Below are positions 24,487-36,900 of a DNA stretch of 64,000 bases, in pieces. Both the position numbers and the translations under genes were made by a program. Source of the stretch: Lingula anatina (Eukaryota; Animalia; Brachiopoda); the NCBI GenBank assembly GCA_051362555.1, contig CM120644.1:22776534-22840533 (forward strand), in the 5' to 3' direction. Positions within the stretch are counted from its first letter, which is position 1, and each line of letters begins with the position of its first letter. Below the pieces are notes generated by a model. It was not told the origin of the DNA, did no database searches, and saw only the letters and a program-made list of their open reading frames with translations.

Positions 24487-26109
24487 GTGGACTTGTCGGG
24501 TGTTTTCAACGTCTATCCATTTATTACAGATGATGTGCCACGTGACAACGGCAAACTGTTGGAGGGAAGATCCCGTGGAGAATATACAACAGAGAACGCC
24601 TGGAGCTCATTGCCAGCGCAAACAAAGAGTGACGGGTTCGAAACTGGGCAAGGGGACACAGCTACATGTTTAGAAGAAGCAGAGCAAGATGAGTGCAGGG
24701 AAATTAATTCAGACGATGTTTCTTTGCCTGGTTGCGGAAGTGATTTACATTTAGCTGCAATAAGAGATGACTGTCAGGCTATTAGCAAGCTTATTGATGA
24801 AGGGGCTGATGTCAATTTGCAAGACAACGACGGGAGAAGTTGTCTACATATAGCAGCAGAGAGAGGTTTTGCTGATATAGTCAGTTACGTTATTGACAAG
24901 GGGGCTGATGTCAATTTACAAGACAATGAGTGCAGAAGTAGTATATATTTGGCACTAGAGAACCGTCATGGTGATATTGCCACCATGCTGTATGAGGCAG
25001 GTGCTAAGCTGCCAGACGAGGGAAATCTTGTACCCAGAGATGTGAAAACTAAAATGCAGCTCATTATTCAGAAGAGAGCAGATGGTTTGGCGAAGGAGCA
25101 CGACAGTCTACGTGCGATATTTATTTCGTGCACAGTCAATGGGGATGGGACCAGGCCCAAGGAAGTTCCTTATTTTGTCTTTGTCTGCAATGACAAAGAG
25201 AAAAAAGCAACATTTCCTAGAGAACTTGGTGTTACAAAAATTGGGACATATGGAGTTCTTGTTAGGGAAGGCTCAACCACTCTATTCGCTGACAATGAAG
25301 GTCAACCGGGTGCACTTGACTTGTATGAACTTCCCGTAGGCTGTTATTTAACTTTAGGTGGTGAAAACGACTTTGGAAGTCTCGGGATGTTTATGAACAT
25401 AGATGAGAACCGTTTTGATTTCCAGCGTAGACAGTCAATACCACACGCCTTTTTAACATGCTACCACGTTATTGGGACTTACGCTGATCACCTTCAATTC
25501 GAAGAGCCTGGGAGGTCTGCAATCAATAAGCGCGTTTTTGCTAAAACACATAGTGTGCAGTGGAATTGCGGCACAGTTTGCGATACTTCTTTAGGGAATG
25601 TTAAACTGGATAATGATTTACTGGAATATGGGGTAGACGCAGCGGCCATTGTTCTTAATCGGCAGGCAAAACCGAATATGACTGTAAAGACTCCAAACAA
25701 TGTGGAAGTAACATTTCATAATGCGGGTTACTTGGATGTACATGATCTCACTTGGGGTGATACTGTGCACAAGTTTGGATCTAAAACAGGTTATACTTCA
25801 GGTCAATTTTATGACGATTCCTTTTCTGTCGTTTTGGAAGACCATGCTGGTTCAGTTAGGTTGTACAATATGATACGTGTGACTAGCAACCCTGGGACAA
25901 ACTTTAGCGAGGGAGGTGATTCTGGTGCTGCTGTTTATGTAATGAAAAACGGGACCCCTCGCGTTATAGGGTTGCTAGTTGGGTCATGCAAAATGAATGA
26001 TGGAAGCAATGAGTGCTTCACCGTTGTTTCTAGGATAGTCCCTACGTTGAAGTCATTGTCAACTGCGCTTAATTTATTTGATTCAGGACCAATGGAGACA
26101 GGTGAATGA
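24487..26109 (+). CDS. Ankyrin-repeat plus trypsin-like (PA clan) serine protease; probably a large terminal exon starting at 24530
   Basis: 540-codon open frame. Three ANK repeats (LHLAA...GADVNLQD) at ~24739-25010. Protease motifs GSLG, FLTCYHV (His), GVDAA (Asp), KFGSKTGYTSG, GDSGA (Ser). No ATG precedes the ANK repeats; a splice acceptor ccatttattacag ends at 24529. Confidence 0.85.
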   Translation: MDLSGVFNVYPFITDDVPRDNGKLLEGRSRGEYTTENAWSSLPAQTKSDGFETGQGDTATCLEEAEQDECREINSDDVSLPGCGSDLHLAAIRDDCQAISKLIDEGADVNLQDNDGRSCLHIAAERGFADIVSYVIDKGADVNLQDNECRSSIYLALENRHGDIATMLYEAGAKLPDEGNLVPRDVKTKMQLIIQKRADGLAKEHDSLRAIFISCTVNGDGTRPKEVPYFVFVCNDKEKKATFPRELGVTKIGTYGVLVREGSTTLFADNEGQPGALDLYELPVGCYLTLGGENDFGSLGMFMNIDENRFDFQRRQSIPHAFLTCYHVIGTYADHLQFEEPGRSAINKRVFAKTHSVQWNCGTVCDTSLGNVKLDNDLLEYGVDAAAIVLNRQAKPNMTVKTPNNVEVTFHNAGYLDVHDLTWGDTVHKFGSKTGYTSGQFYDDSFSVVLEDHAGSVRLYNMIRVTSNPGTNFSEGGDSGAAVYVMKNGTPRVIGLLVGSCKMNDGSNECFTVVSRIVPTLKSLSTALNLFDSGPMETGE

Positions 26110-26169
26110 GCACTACTTTCCAATCCAAGAATGTTGTTTTTAAATGTTGTTAATTAAAATTATAAAAGA

Positions 26170-26792
26170 TTCACCAGTCCTCTATCTGGCATTACAAAAC
26201 CGACATATTGCCACCATGCTGTTTGTTGCATGTACTAAGCTGCCAGACGAGGGCGATCTTGTACCCAGTGATCTTAAAACTATAATGCAGACCATTTTTG
26301 AAGGCCAACCGGGTGCAGTTGACTCTTTTCAACTTCCTGTTGGCTGTTGCGTAGGTTAAAGAGAAAAAAGACAGTTACGGAAGTCTTGGGGTGTTTATGA
26401 ACATGTATGAGTCTCGTTTTGCTTTACATCACAGGAAGTCCGCACCACATGCTACCACATTATTGGGAGTTTTGCTGATCAGGCAAATTTCAGAGACCCT
26501 GGGAGGTCGGCAATCAATTAGCATGTTTTCGATAAAAAAAATAGTGGGCAGTGGAATTGGTGCACATTTTTCGATATTTCTTAAGTACTGTCATGGTGAT
26601 ATTGCCACCATGCTGTTTGTTGTAGGTGCGAAGCTGCCGTACGAGGGAGATCTTGGTAATCCTCTATTTCATAATTCAGACATTGGCACGACACTTTGCT
26701 TTCAAATGCCCAATTACATTATATGCATCATTAAAATATATTATTCAATCGGTGCCATGGGGATGGGGTCAGTTTTCTTGGTGACAAAGTGA
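26170..26792 (+). pseudogene. Decayed, internally deleted partial duplicates of the ANK-protease ORF
   Basis: LYLALQNRHIATML..KLPDEGDLVP, EGQPGAVD..LPVGC, a ggaagtcttggg/atgaacat segment, and a second HGDIATML..GAKLPYEG all mirror 24950-25570, with stops and deletions. Confidence 0.8.
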
Positions 26793-29700
26793 AGATGGCA
26801 CTTCAAGCGTTTTATCGTGGTTGTGAGGTCATACTAGTGAGTTTTACCACAGATTGTACATAAGTGTCAATATGGAGCGTTGATTTGACTTCATTCCTAT
26901 GTGAATAGTTTCACTGTGGTAAAGGTTACACATACTCTTGTGAGTTATTTAGGTGGTGAATCAAACAGAATGAACAACATGTAATTGTATTTTATCTTAT
27001 CACTCTGATATGAAATATCACAACACAAAATATAATTATTTTTAAACTTTTTTTAACCGTATTGTCATTGTGTAGGCAATTATTAGTGTTTTATGACCAA
27101 TGCTATCATAGTCACATTTTCAAATTATACCATGATAAATTTAATAATTATACGTCTATTTTAGAATATGTGGTTTATGAGGTGTTTTAATTTTTTCTGG
27201 GTGGGGGGCATCATAGATACTTATAATACAAGTAAAGTGAAGGTTGACATACTGTTCAATACTGAATCATTCTCATTTGTGTTATATATATATATATATA
27301 TATATGCTTTCTATCATAAATATTCAATATACTATAAAATGCATATGTAATGACTATTTCGTGTACGCGAGTGAATGCATAACATAAACGGAAACAAATA
27401 AATAAATTATAAATCAGGTAGTTGTTTAACGCTGGAAACTAAAGTATTATGTTTTGAACCACCAGTCATTAGTGGGCGTTAAAACTGTCTGTTTTAATTG
27501 TGAAATTGTGTCATTCCGGGTATTGATGTTTAAGACCATTATGTTCAGTGACGTACGTAAGGTAATTACGTTATGTAAATGTCTTGTTTGATGAGGGGTA
27601 TAGTTGCACCATTAAATGAAGAACACTGGGGTGCAAAATATCTCTCCCAATGAAAGATGGGATCCTTGTGAGTTATGATTATGGGTGGAAATGAATTAAA
27701 ACAATATAAGATAAAAAGAGCATACAAACTACCAAAATTACCATGTTCAGTTATTTAGTCTGCTGTAATCTTAAATAATATAACAATATTTGGTATTTAC
27801 ATTCAGTATTTCATTAAATAGTTGTTGATGCGTCTCTTGTGTGTGGTGAAATATACGAACTTAAAACCACTATAGATCGGACATGCTATTTTATAGTACA
27901 ATACACAGTACATTATCATGATTGTTGTTTAAGGATTATTGGTAATTTGTTAACTTTTCGTGAAGTAGTTACATAACATTTTTTTGAGGTCTTGTTTATT
28001 ATTATTTTTTTTTAATTACAGTGCAAGAGCTTTTTATTTATTTATTTATTTGTTTATTTGTTATTTTGTTTTTGCTCTTCTTTGTATGCAATTATGTCCA
28101 GCATTGAATTTTCAAACAAAAGTTATCTACATCTGTAACTGAGTTTCAAGACAATTGTGGAGCTTGCTAAAGGTAGTCAGCCAATATTTTTGTGTTTGCC
28201 ATAGCAATAGAAATAATTCAATTGAAATGTCTATTCATACTTTTGAGTTGCAGTGAGATTTGTGGATATTTAGCTAAAATGTTATTTTGATTAGATGTGC
28301 AGATGTGTTAATTGACATCCATCTTACAGTTAACACAATAATTGAACGATAGGAGAAAATAATCCACACCCCATGATTAATATAACCAAAGATACAAACT
28401 ATATTTAAAACATAGAATAAGAATATTTGTACACTGTCGATTATTCTGTTACTACACGACATATAGATAACATGTCTACACCACTAGTAAACCAAGAACT
28501 TCGATTGATGCAATTGTATGACAACTGGTGTGTTTGATATTTGGCAGATATAGGCCGCTTTATTACTGTTCTGTTTATTATAAAGGATGCTTTCTATTGT
28601 CGAATAACCAAGTAATAGCTTTCTTAACATCTGAAACGTCTAGCTATATGCTAATCGTGGAGCTTCAATAAATCCCGTCATGTTGAACATCTGAAAGATA
28701 AGTAATATTGATCTGGATGGAACAAATAACTTCATGACCGTAAGATGTATGTTGAGCGTTATTACTGGAACAAGTAGTTAGAAACCTGTAATAAAAGTGT
28801 GGTTATAGACCAACGCTCTGAATTGTTTTGACTTATTTTCTGATTGATGACTTTTACCCTATGGAGACAGTTGCCTTAGAGAAATATTTGGGGAGATGGG
28901 GCGGGGACCTGTTGGGCGCCTAAAATATATACGTTAGAGACTTATTTAGTATCTCTATACCCTACAGATATGGGGCATACTTTCTTTATTTCTCCAGAGA
29001 ACATAAACCAAAGTGCACGCCATATGAAAACAACAGTAATTCATAAAATGCACAATGTATATAGCGAGGAAAACGATAAGTTGGAGCTTTCAAACATTTA
29101 TTCCCCAATTTATTTTCTTATTTAAAAAAAATTCTCAGTTTCGATTCTGCATTTACTTGTTTTCGTTACATTGCATTTTGCGTGATTACCAGGCTTTTTC
29201 TTTCTGATTTGTTAAAATTTCTTAGTTTTTTTTTTTTTTTTTTCCATAAAAAAATCACTGACTTTACAACCAATGAATATGCTAACCAAAGTGAAAACAT
29301 AATACCACATTTAAACATTGGAAGGGGGGAAGCTTGTGCCATTGCATACAGTAAAATGAACAATCATTTTTTATGTCTTGGTACGGTCTAGATGTTGAAA
29401 TTCTGGCCTCCCTGAGAAAGGAGACAGTCTGGCAGATAATTACCCTTTAGCTTTTGGATTAGGCAGGTAGACAATTACTCCGATTACACTTTAAATCGAG
29501 AATTCCCGCAGAGATAGGTCGATCCTGCTAAGTTTTAGTCTGAACACAGCCGTATGAAAACTGTACCCAGCCATTGCAGAGAAAGGGAATTTTTTTAAAG
29601 AAGTGGTGGACCTTTATCGCTATAATGACAAAATAACTTGATTACCCCTTGATTCAGAGTGGATCAAATGTATTTCCTGACCAAGATGGAGGTAAGTTCG

Positions 29701-30100
29701 CCCCCAGCCCCCCCCCCCTTCCCGCCATCTTTACATATCCTGAGGTATCATGATTTGCACATGACCTGGGTTGTTATAGCTGCGACAAGTATAGCAATCC
29801 AGATATTTACTCCCATTACCATGCTAAAATAATTAAGGAGCCACAACATTTCTAGAGGGCCACAGTTGGTTTTGAAAAAAAAAAACACTTAAAATGCGCA
29901 GTGAATCATTCAATGAAAGTCAAATGCAATACGCATTCAACAATTTTAAAGAATTTCAGCAAATATCTTCACACGGGTAAAAAAAAAAAATTGCAAACCG
30001 GTGTGACAGGAATGGTAGTCCTAGGAATGGACGTCCGGGCTCACATATGATTAGTGCAGGTTAGTGTTAGTTGGAGGATTGGGGTTAGTATATGGGACGG

Positions 30101-30266
30101 CAGGGGCGGATCCAGAGCTATTTTCTGACAGTCTTCCAAATTATCCTTGTGAATTCATCCTATAATTTTGACCATCTTCCAACAGAAAAAAAATCGCTGC
30201 CAATTGTAAACTTGAAAAACTGACCGCTTTCTGGAAGACCCTGAAGACGGCCTAAATCCGCCCCTG
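30101..30266. mobile_element. Small hAT-like MITE, present in copy 1 only
   Basis: caggggcggat / atccgcccctg TIR; absent from the paralogous site. TSD is imperfect. Confidence 0.7.
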
Positions 30267-30854
30267 GCGACGAATGTCACCTGTACAAAGTAATGGGGGA
30301 CCGTCTACGGTTCATTACGGACCACCATTCCTGTCACACTGGCCTTACAATACCCACCTACCCCTGTCAAACCACCGGTTGTCACTTCAACACACACGTA
30401 TACACACACACGCACACAAACATACGCATAAACGCATACACACGCACAGGCATGCACACAAACATACACATACACACAAAGACACACATTGACAGAGACA
30501 TAAACCACCACCAACATCACACCTTAATCTCCCCCCTACCCCCGGCTAATCCCCTCTTTATTACACCAGCCCTGGGTGTACCGTGTATATCAACAGATCT
30601 TTCCTCAACTGGAGACGTATTTACAGTAGAGGATGGATAATTCTTCAAGTACAAAAGCTAGTGACATCCTTTTCTTTCTAATCGTAATTTATTTTGTCGA
30701 TATGTTTAGTCACGATTTAAACTCTACATTCAGTCACACCTACCAACCAGCTACAGCTCTTAACACAGCTGTGGAGTTAACAATTTCAAAGGAATTCCGT
30801 TTTTCTTTAGAAATTATTCAAATTATAGTTATTCAGAGCAAGCAGAAAAAAGAA

Positions 30855-30889
<35 letters not shown>

Positions 30890-31439
30890 ACAATAACCCC
30901 CGACAAGACTCCCGACCCACTGTCTGAGATATAGATCTACACGCGTTACGAAAGTCATCATTACGAAGCTGTGATAATTGTAGTAATTCATACTTTCAGT
31001 CCCGTTAACTTCATTTTATGCTAATAAAATTTAGCTGTCACAACTAGAAACACTGGTGAAAATTTTGCATGCGTCCCCATTAGTATTTAGATTAATCATT
31101 AAATAAACATTCGACACTTTTGAAGCTGACCAACATAAAAAAAAATGCTGTCCAAACGCACCCACCTCAGTCTAACCCCCTTTCACCCCCCCCCCCCCCC
31201 CCCCCCCCCATCCACCGACCACATCAACAACGTTTAATAAGAGCAGAGTAGCTACGGTCAATCCCCTCTTTGCGCCAGCCTCCGAGTTTTTTGAGATACT
31301 TCTTTTATTCGACTTGAGACTACCCTAGGTTCTAGATTCCAGAATTAAATCTGTTTTACGTTTCATTTTGGTCTAATGGCATTCAACTGCAGATTCACTG
31401 CGGAGCAGGTCTTTTTTTTATTTACGGAAATCGTGCACT

Positions 31440-32229
31440 GGGTGAGGTCAGAATTCCAGGTATGTTATGTACATAACACGTGTTAGGTGTTAGTGTTACA
31501 GATCTGTTAACATTCCTGTTAACCCGAATAAGAAAACATTGAGTTCAGGTAAACAGTCTGTTGGCATGTGGTCAACATCCTGCTATTCTGCTGCAGCATG
31601 TTGTTAACAGGCTGATAGTCCCTCGTTGACCTATTTCTTGGTGTGTGACACCAGCAAGAATAGCACAGTGGGAATCCCCAAGTCAACTTACATGTGTTCA
31701 CTAGAGAGAGCCTACATACAAGTTTGAAGTGGGCAGGTAATTTGCATTTTGACTATACATGTACAGTTTATGTTGTTCTTTACCATAACACTAACACTAA
31801 CATATTCAGACTTGACCTCTTGAAGATGTAACGCCAGCTTAACCACTTGGTGGTTAAACTTTCTAAAATTGAGAGGAATTAAAATGTTTTATTTCTGACG
31901 TGCTAAATATCGAAAGCAGATAAGCTAGGATAATTCTGTGATAACCCCTCGTTGATCCCTACAGAAACGGATAAGCAATTGAAAATTTAAGCTTAACATT
32001 TTTTAGTTTGCTCTGATTAATTTAACATTTTATGTAACAGAGATGTTTGGTGTAACACCGTCTGTAACAGGAACTGTAGTTTTCAACAGATCTGCTACAC
32101 TAAAATTGGTGTTACACTGGTGTTTAGTAAGAGGTCAGAATTGTTGATTAATGTAACATATCTGTAACATATCTGCAACACTAACACCTATCACATAACA
32201 TAGGCCTACCTGGAATTCTGACCTCACCC
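31440..32229. mobile_element. MITE with 3-bp TSD (Harbinger-like)
   Basis: TIR gggtgaggtcagaattccaggta / tacctggaattctgacctcaccc with act TSD. Confidence 0.8.
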
Positions 32230-32704
32230 ACTATCTCTGTTCTTCAGGGTCACTGTTGAAACCCGCTTTACAGTGACTCTGACACTCAGGGCACTTGAGA
32301 CGTACTGGAGACGTATTCAAAGTAGAGCATAATCCTTCCAGCACCATAAGGGGCGACATTCTCTTGGATAATTTATACAGTCTGCCTGCCGTTAATATTG
32401 CGCATAGTTATGCAGCGACTGCAACAGTTTAAATATAACCAATGCGTCCCAATTTCTGCCTTCGAACATAATAGGCAAGAGTCCTATATTTAGGCCTTTT
32501 CTAGGGCACAATAAACAAGCCGTTCATATAAAACCGGTTCGCAAGGTACATTTTAGTTAGTGTATTTACAGGCGCCTGTAAGCTGGTCAAAGGAAAAAGG
32601 TATGTATGATAAACATTTTTTATGGATTTTCTTTAGGTCTATACTTCTATTGATGATTATTCCTGACAATTAAATGTGACGTCTTATTTAGACTAAGGAA
32701 CTAT

Positions 32705-32950
32705 TCCCAGACCCTATCGTACTAACTGTGGATCGATCTATTCTAAAGGGGACTCTCGCTAAATTGCAATCAACTTAAGCGGATTAGATCTCTGTCACGC
32801 CTACTAAAGCTTCTAGAGGGTAATTAATTATCGTTAAGCAGCTTCAGTTGGCATACCAGACACCTAAGCCGTCTAAGCTGAAAGTAGTTTAGCGAGAAAC
32901 CCCTTTGATATGGATCGATCCTGTTAGATCGATCTAGGGTATGGGGGCCC
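32705..32950. mobile_element. Imperfect foldback MITE, shared with copy 2 (~58925-59150)
   Basis: cccagacccta..ggatcgatc..ctcgctaaa is mirrored by tttagcgag..ggatcgatcc..tagggtatggg. Confidence 0.55.
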
Positions 32951-33944
32951 AGTCTTAATTTCCATTTAGATCTACCGAAAGATTTGCTGCACAAAGCAAG
33001 CGCAATGGGGATATTATGATAGTATAAACTATATTAGCATATCAGACAATATTATATTATATATTGCATAGCAGATCAGCTTTTTATACAAGTTACACGT
33101 GCGTGGCGTGGATATATAAGTGTAGGGTATTAAATATATATTTGTTGATCAATACTTGATTTATTGTCCTGTATTTTTGAAACAAGCATTTAACGCTTAC
33201 CGCAGTTAATGTCGTTCAATGCCACAGTAATTCAGTTCTGTAGTGTTTAAATCCCATTTGTGTGTTCAGTCCTACATACTCCTTATATATACGATATACT
33301 GTTATATACACAATATATTTTTATGTACAATACACCACTTCTTGCCTCTGAATATTGTGAAGATTCTGGCTTGGCCATATACGTCTTTACCCAAGGAAAG
33401 AAGTATTGGACAAGTAAATTGAAAGCTATATTGTAAAACATAACAGAAAAAGGCAAAAATAAATTATATGAAAAGGAACAGGGCCTGATGAAACGGTGGT
33501 TTGTCATAACAGTATAGAAATATTGGGACTAAACTATTGGCCTTTTATAGAAAGGTCAGCGCGCTGTGTCCTAAATATTACTGTCCTCTCGGCAAGGATA
33601 ATCTTTGTATCCTCCTCTGAATTTAAGGGGATAACAGCTCTTCATATGAGTTTAAAACAATAAATATATTGCAAAGAAAACAGAAAACGGAATTGGATTT
33701 TACCACCAAAGCGGTAGTTATGGCAACTGCACTTAAATCTGTGCTGACATGAACCACCAAAGAGAAAGAGAGAGAGGGAATGAGATATCTTGATATGGTC
33801 AGTTTACAGAGCATATAACGTGTTGCCAGCATGTTAAAGACCAGATATCAATAACCGGAAACCCCATCAGCTGTCACATTGAAATACATGGTCAATTGAT
33901 TTGTATTTTATTTTATTTTAAATGTTTCTTTCAGACTACTCACA

Positions 33945-36900
33945 ATGTGGCTGTATCTGGTTGCTGTTATCGTCATCCTGATATCAGTATGGCTGTGGTA
34001 GGTACAATACATCACCAAATACAAATGTGGTATTGTAGTAGGTATAATATATATCACTATATTATAGTATGGCTGTGGTAGATACAATAAATCACCAAAT
34101 ACAAATGTGGTATTGTAGTAGGTATAATATTTATCACTATATCATAGTATGGCTGTGGTAGATACAATAAATCACCAAATACAAATGTGGTATTGTAGTA
34201 GGTATAATATATATCACTATATCATAGTATGGCTGTGGTAGGTACAATAAATCACCAAATACAAATGTGGTATTGTAGTAGGTATGATATATATCACTAT
34301 ATCATATTATGGCTGTGGTAGGTACAATGTATCACCAAATACAAATGTGGTATTGTAGTAGGTATGATATATATCACTACACTGTAAAAACAGTGTTTAG
34401 CTCCGAGACACATTTCTAAGCGCCTGTTTTGTCTCATTTTTTCCACGCGTTTAGCACCTAAGCACGTTTAGCCTATTAACATGTTACACGCTTTGACGTG
34501 CTTCACGCCTAATAAATGTAGGGTGTATTTGATTAACTTTAAGGTTGTTACGTTTTCAACTGTTTCAGTCACTACACACACACGCGCGCGCGTGCGCGAA
34601 GTCACGGTCACCTTTAACTGCTATAGATATCTCTATCTATAACAGGGTACCGTGAACTGTCAACATAGTTGATTCACACCATCATCTTTACAGCGGGACT
34701 TATTCATCCTTGTGTTAGCTGACCTTGCGAGGAAGTTAATTGGAATATATTTCTGAAAAAACAAGTTAGGAAAATTCACTAGTTTACTAAAGACACGAAA
34801 CAATATCACTTTTACTTTAAAACATTTTTTTCATATTTTGATAAAATGCGTTAAGGTATTGATGTTCATTTATTTTTTCCGGAAGTAATGAACAATAGAA
34901 CATCAGGATGATGGTGGGGTATTCATTATAATGTTTTTTTTTAAGCTTTCATCACATGCTGGTTATTTTGGTAACGATAGTCCGAATATTTTTCAAATCG
35001 CACCGCTCTAGTCGCCGACTAACCCAAGCCCATTTTGGAATTAACCGCTAACTGTAGTTCATACAGCATAAGACGTGTTTTGGTGATTAATAAAAAAAGT
35101 TTTCAAAACATTAAATAATGTTTTTCCCGAATGTTATAAAACGCTTATAAAATTGCAAGTGCATCATTTTGCATGGAGTTAAAAACACCCATAACGTTAC
35201 CATGACGTTATTCTATACCATCACCATCATGTAACCAGCTGATAACGTCGTGAAAACGTTATTTGTTATTTGGATTATTACTTAATAGGCCTATTTTAAA
35301 TAATCACACGTTACTGCAAGGGAAGACACAACGCGTTCGAGCAGGCTGCTTCTCGCCTCCAACAGCCCCATATGTTTACAAGGGGAAGTGTTAAGCAAAA
35401 TTGTTGAGTCTTGTAATAAACTTGTTATGGGATCGTATATATGGGATTGTGAAGCATTTTTTTCTGTGACGAGCTTGAAAAGCTAAACATGTTGTTTAGC
35501 AGCTCCACGCGTTAAGGAATTCCACACCTATATCAGCTCCATATGTTTAGCAGCCTCACGCGCTTAGCAGGGGAAGTGCTTAGCCAATGTGCTTAGCTTG
35601 TGATAGACTTGTTATAGAATCATATGCCGGTGAAGCTTAACACATAGCTAAACGTGTAACAATGCCAACGTGTCTAGCTTTTTCTTCTGTGAAACGTTTG
35701 AAAAGCTATACGCGTTTAGCATTTACACAGATTTCTAAATGCGTATAGGTGCCTAACGTGTGTTGTATGTATTTAAATGCTAAACACTGTTTTTACAGTG
35801 TATATCATAGTATGGTTGTGGTAGGTAAAATACATCACTAAATACAATTGTGGTATTGTAGTAGGTATAATATATCACTATATCATAGTATGGTTGTGGT
35901 AGGTAAAATACATCACTAAATACAATTGTGGTATTGTAGTAGGTATAATATATCACTATATCATAGTATGGTTGTGGTAGGTACATTATATCACCAAATA
36001 CAAACGTGGCATTGTAGTGGATTTAAAACCGAGCATACATATACGTATACATATACATATAACTAATTTGATCATTTGACTAGCACAATTTTGAATTCAC
36101 GTTTTACAATTATGAAACAATTACTACAGTGTGGACGTTCTCCTAATCAGCTGTGACCGTAATACATGCCACATGTACAAGAGTTGTCAATAATCTTCCG
36201 GCCCCTCAGAGCTCTAATTGACACTTGACTGTGATACATGTAATAAAAGTGAGTGACCCGTCAAGTACTCTGAATAAGAAATATAATTATTATCACAAGC
36301 ATTGCATTATCATTACAGAGGCGGATCTAGTATTATTTGAAGAGGGGGGTGCGCTTAATAGGGGCCCCGAGACATTTTTGTATTTTTGAGGGCGAACAGT
36401 GCTATTTGGCACGGTTTTGAACTATGATTCAGCTAGTTGAAATTCTAATTTCAAGAGGGGACCATTGGTGATTTTTCTTCAGAAATCGAAGGAGGTCAGG
36501 ACCTCGAGGGCCCCTCTCCCCTAAAACCGCCACTGTATTATACCTATGCCTAACTAATATAAATAGTCCGTGTTGTTTTGCATTTAGGCAGAGGATAGAC
36601 AGTTACCGTGTGTTCAAGAAGATGGGAATCAACGGTCCTCCGCCAAACCTCATATTTGGAAATTTCAGACAGATAATGGTTTGTTTTCATATTGGAAAAT
36701 AACAACACTGCAAATAAACAGTGTATATTTGTATTTATCCTTTTTTTTATTCAGATAGTTGTGAAAGTTTACTACCTCATTTTCGAAATGATGAAATACG
36801 CTGTATTTACTATCAACGTATAAAGTAATTGCCAGTTGTATTATCATACATGTTGAAGGCTTTTCACACTTAGTTGCCCTCGTCGTTACTTTATCCCAGT

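Noticed and set aside
24078-24673. Six overlapping ORFs
   Set aside because: By-product of stop-poor ctgggccagat subterminal repeats.
30274-30640. His/Thr-rich ORFs (also 57341-57717)
   Set aside because: Translations of CA-rich microsatellite.
33985-34379. Regular 61-bp array as CRISPR
   Set aside because: Head-to-tail minisatellite without spacers.
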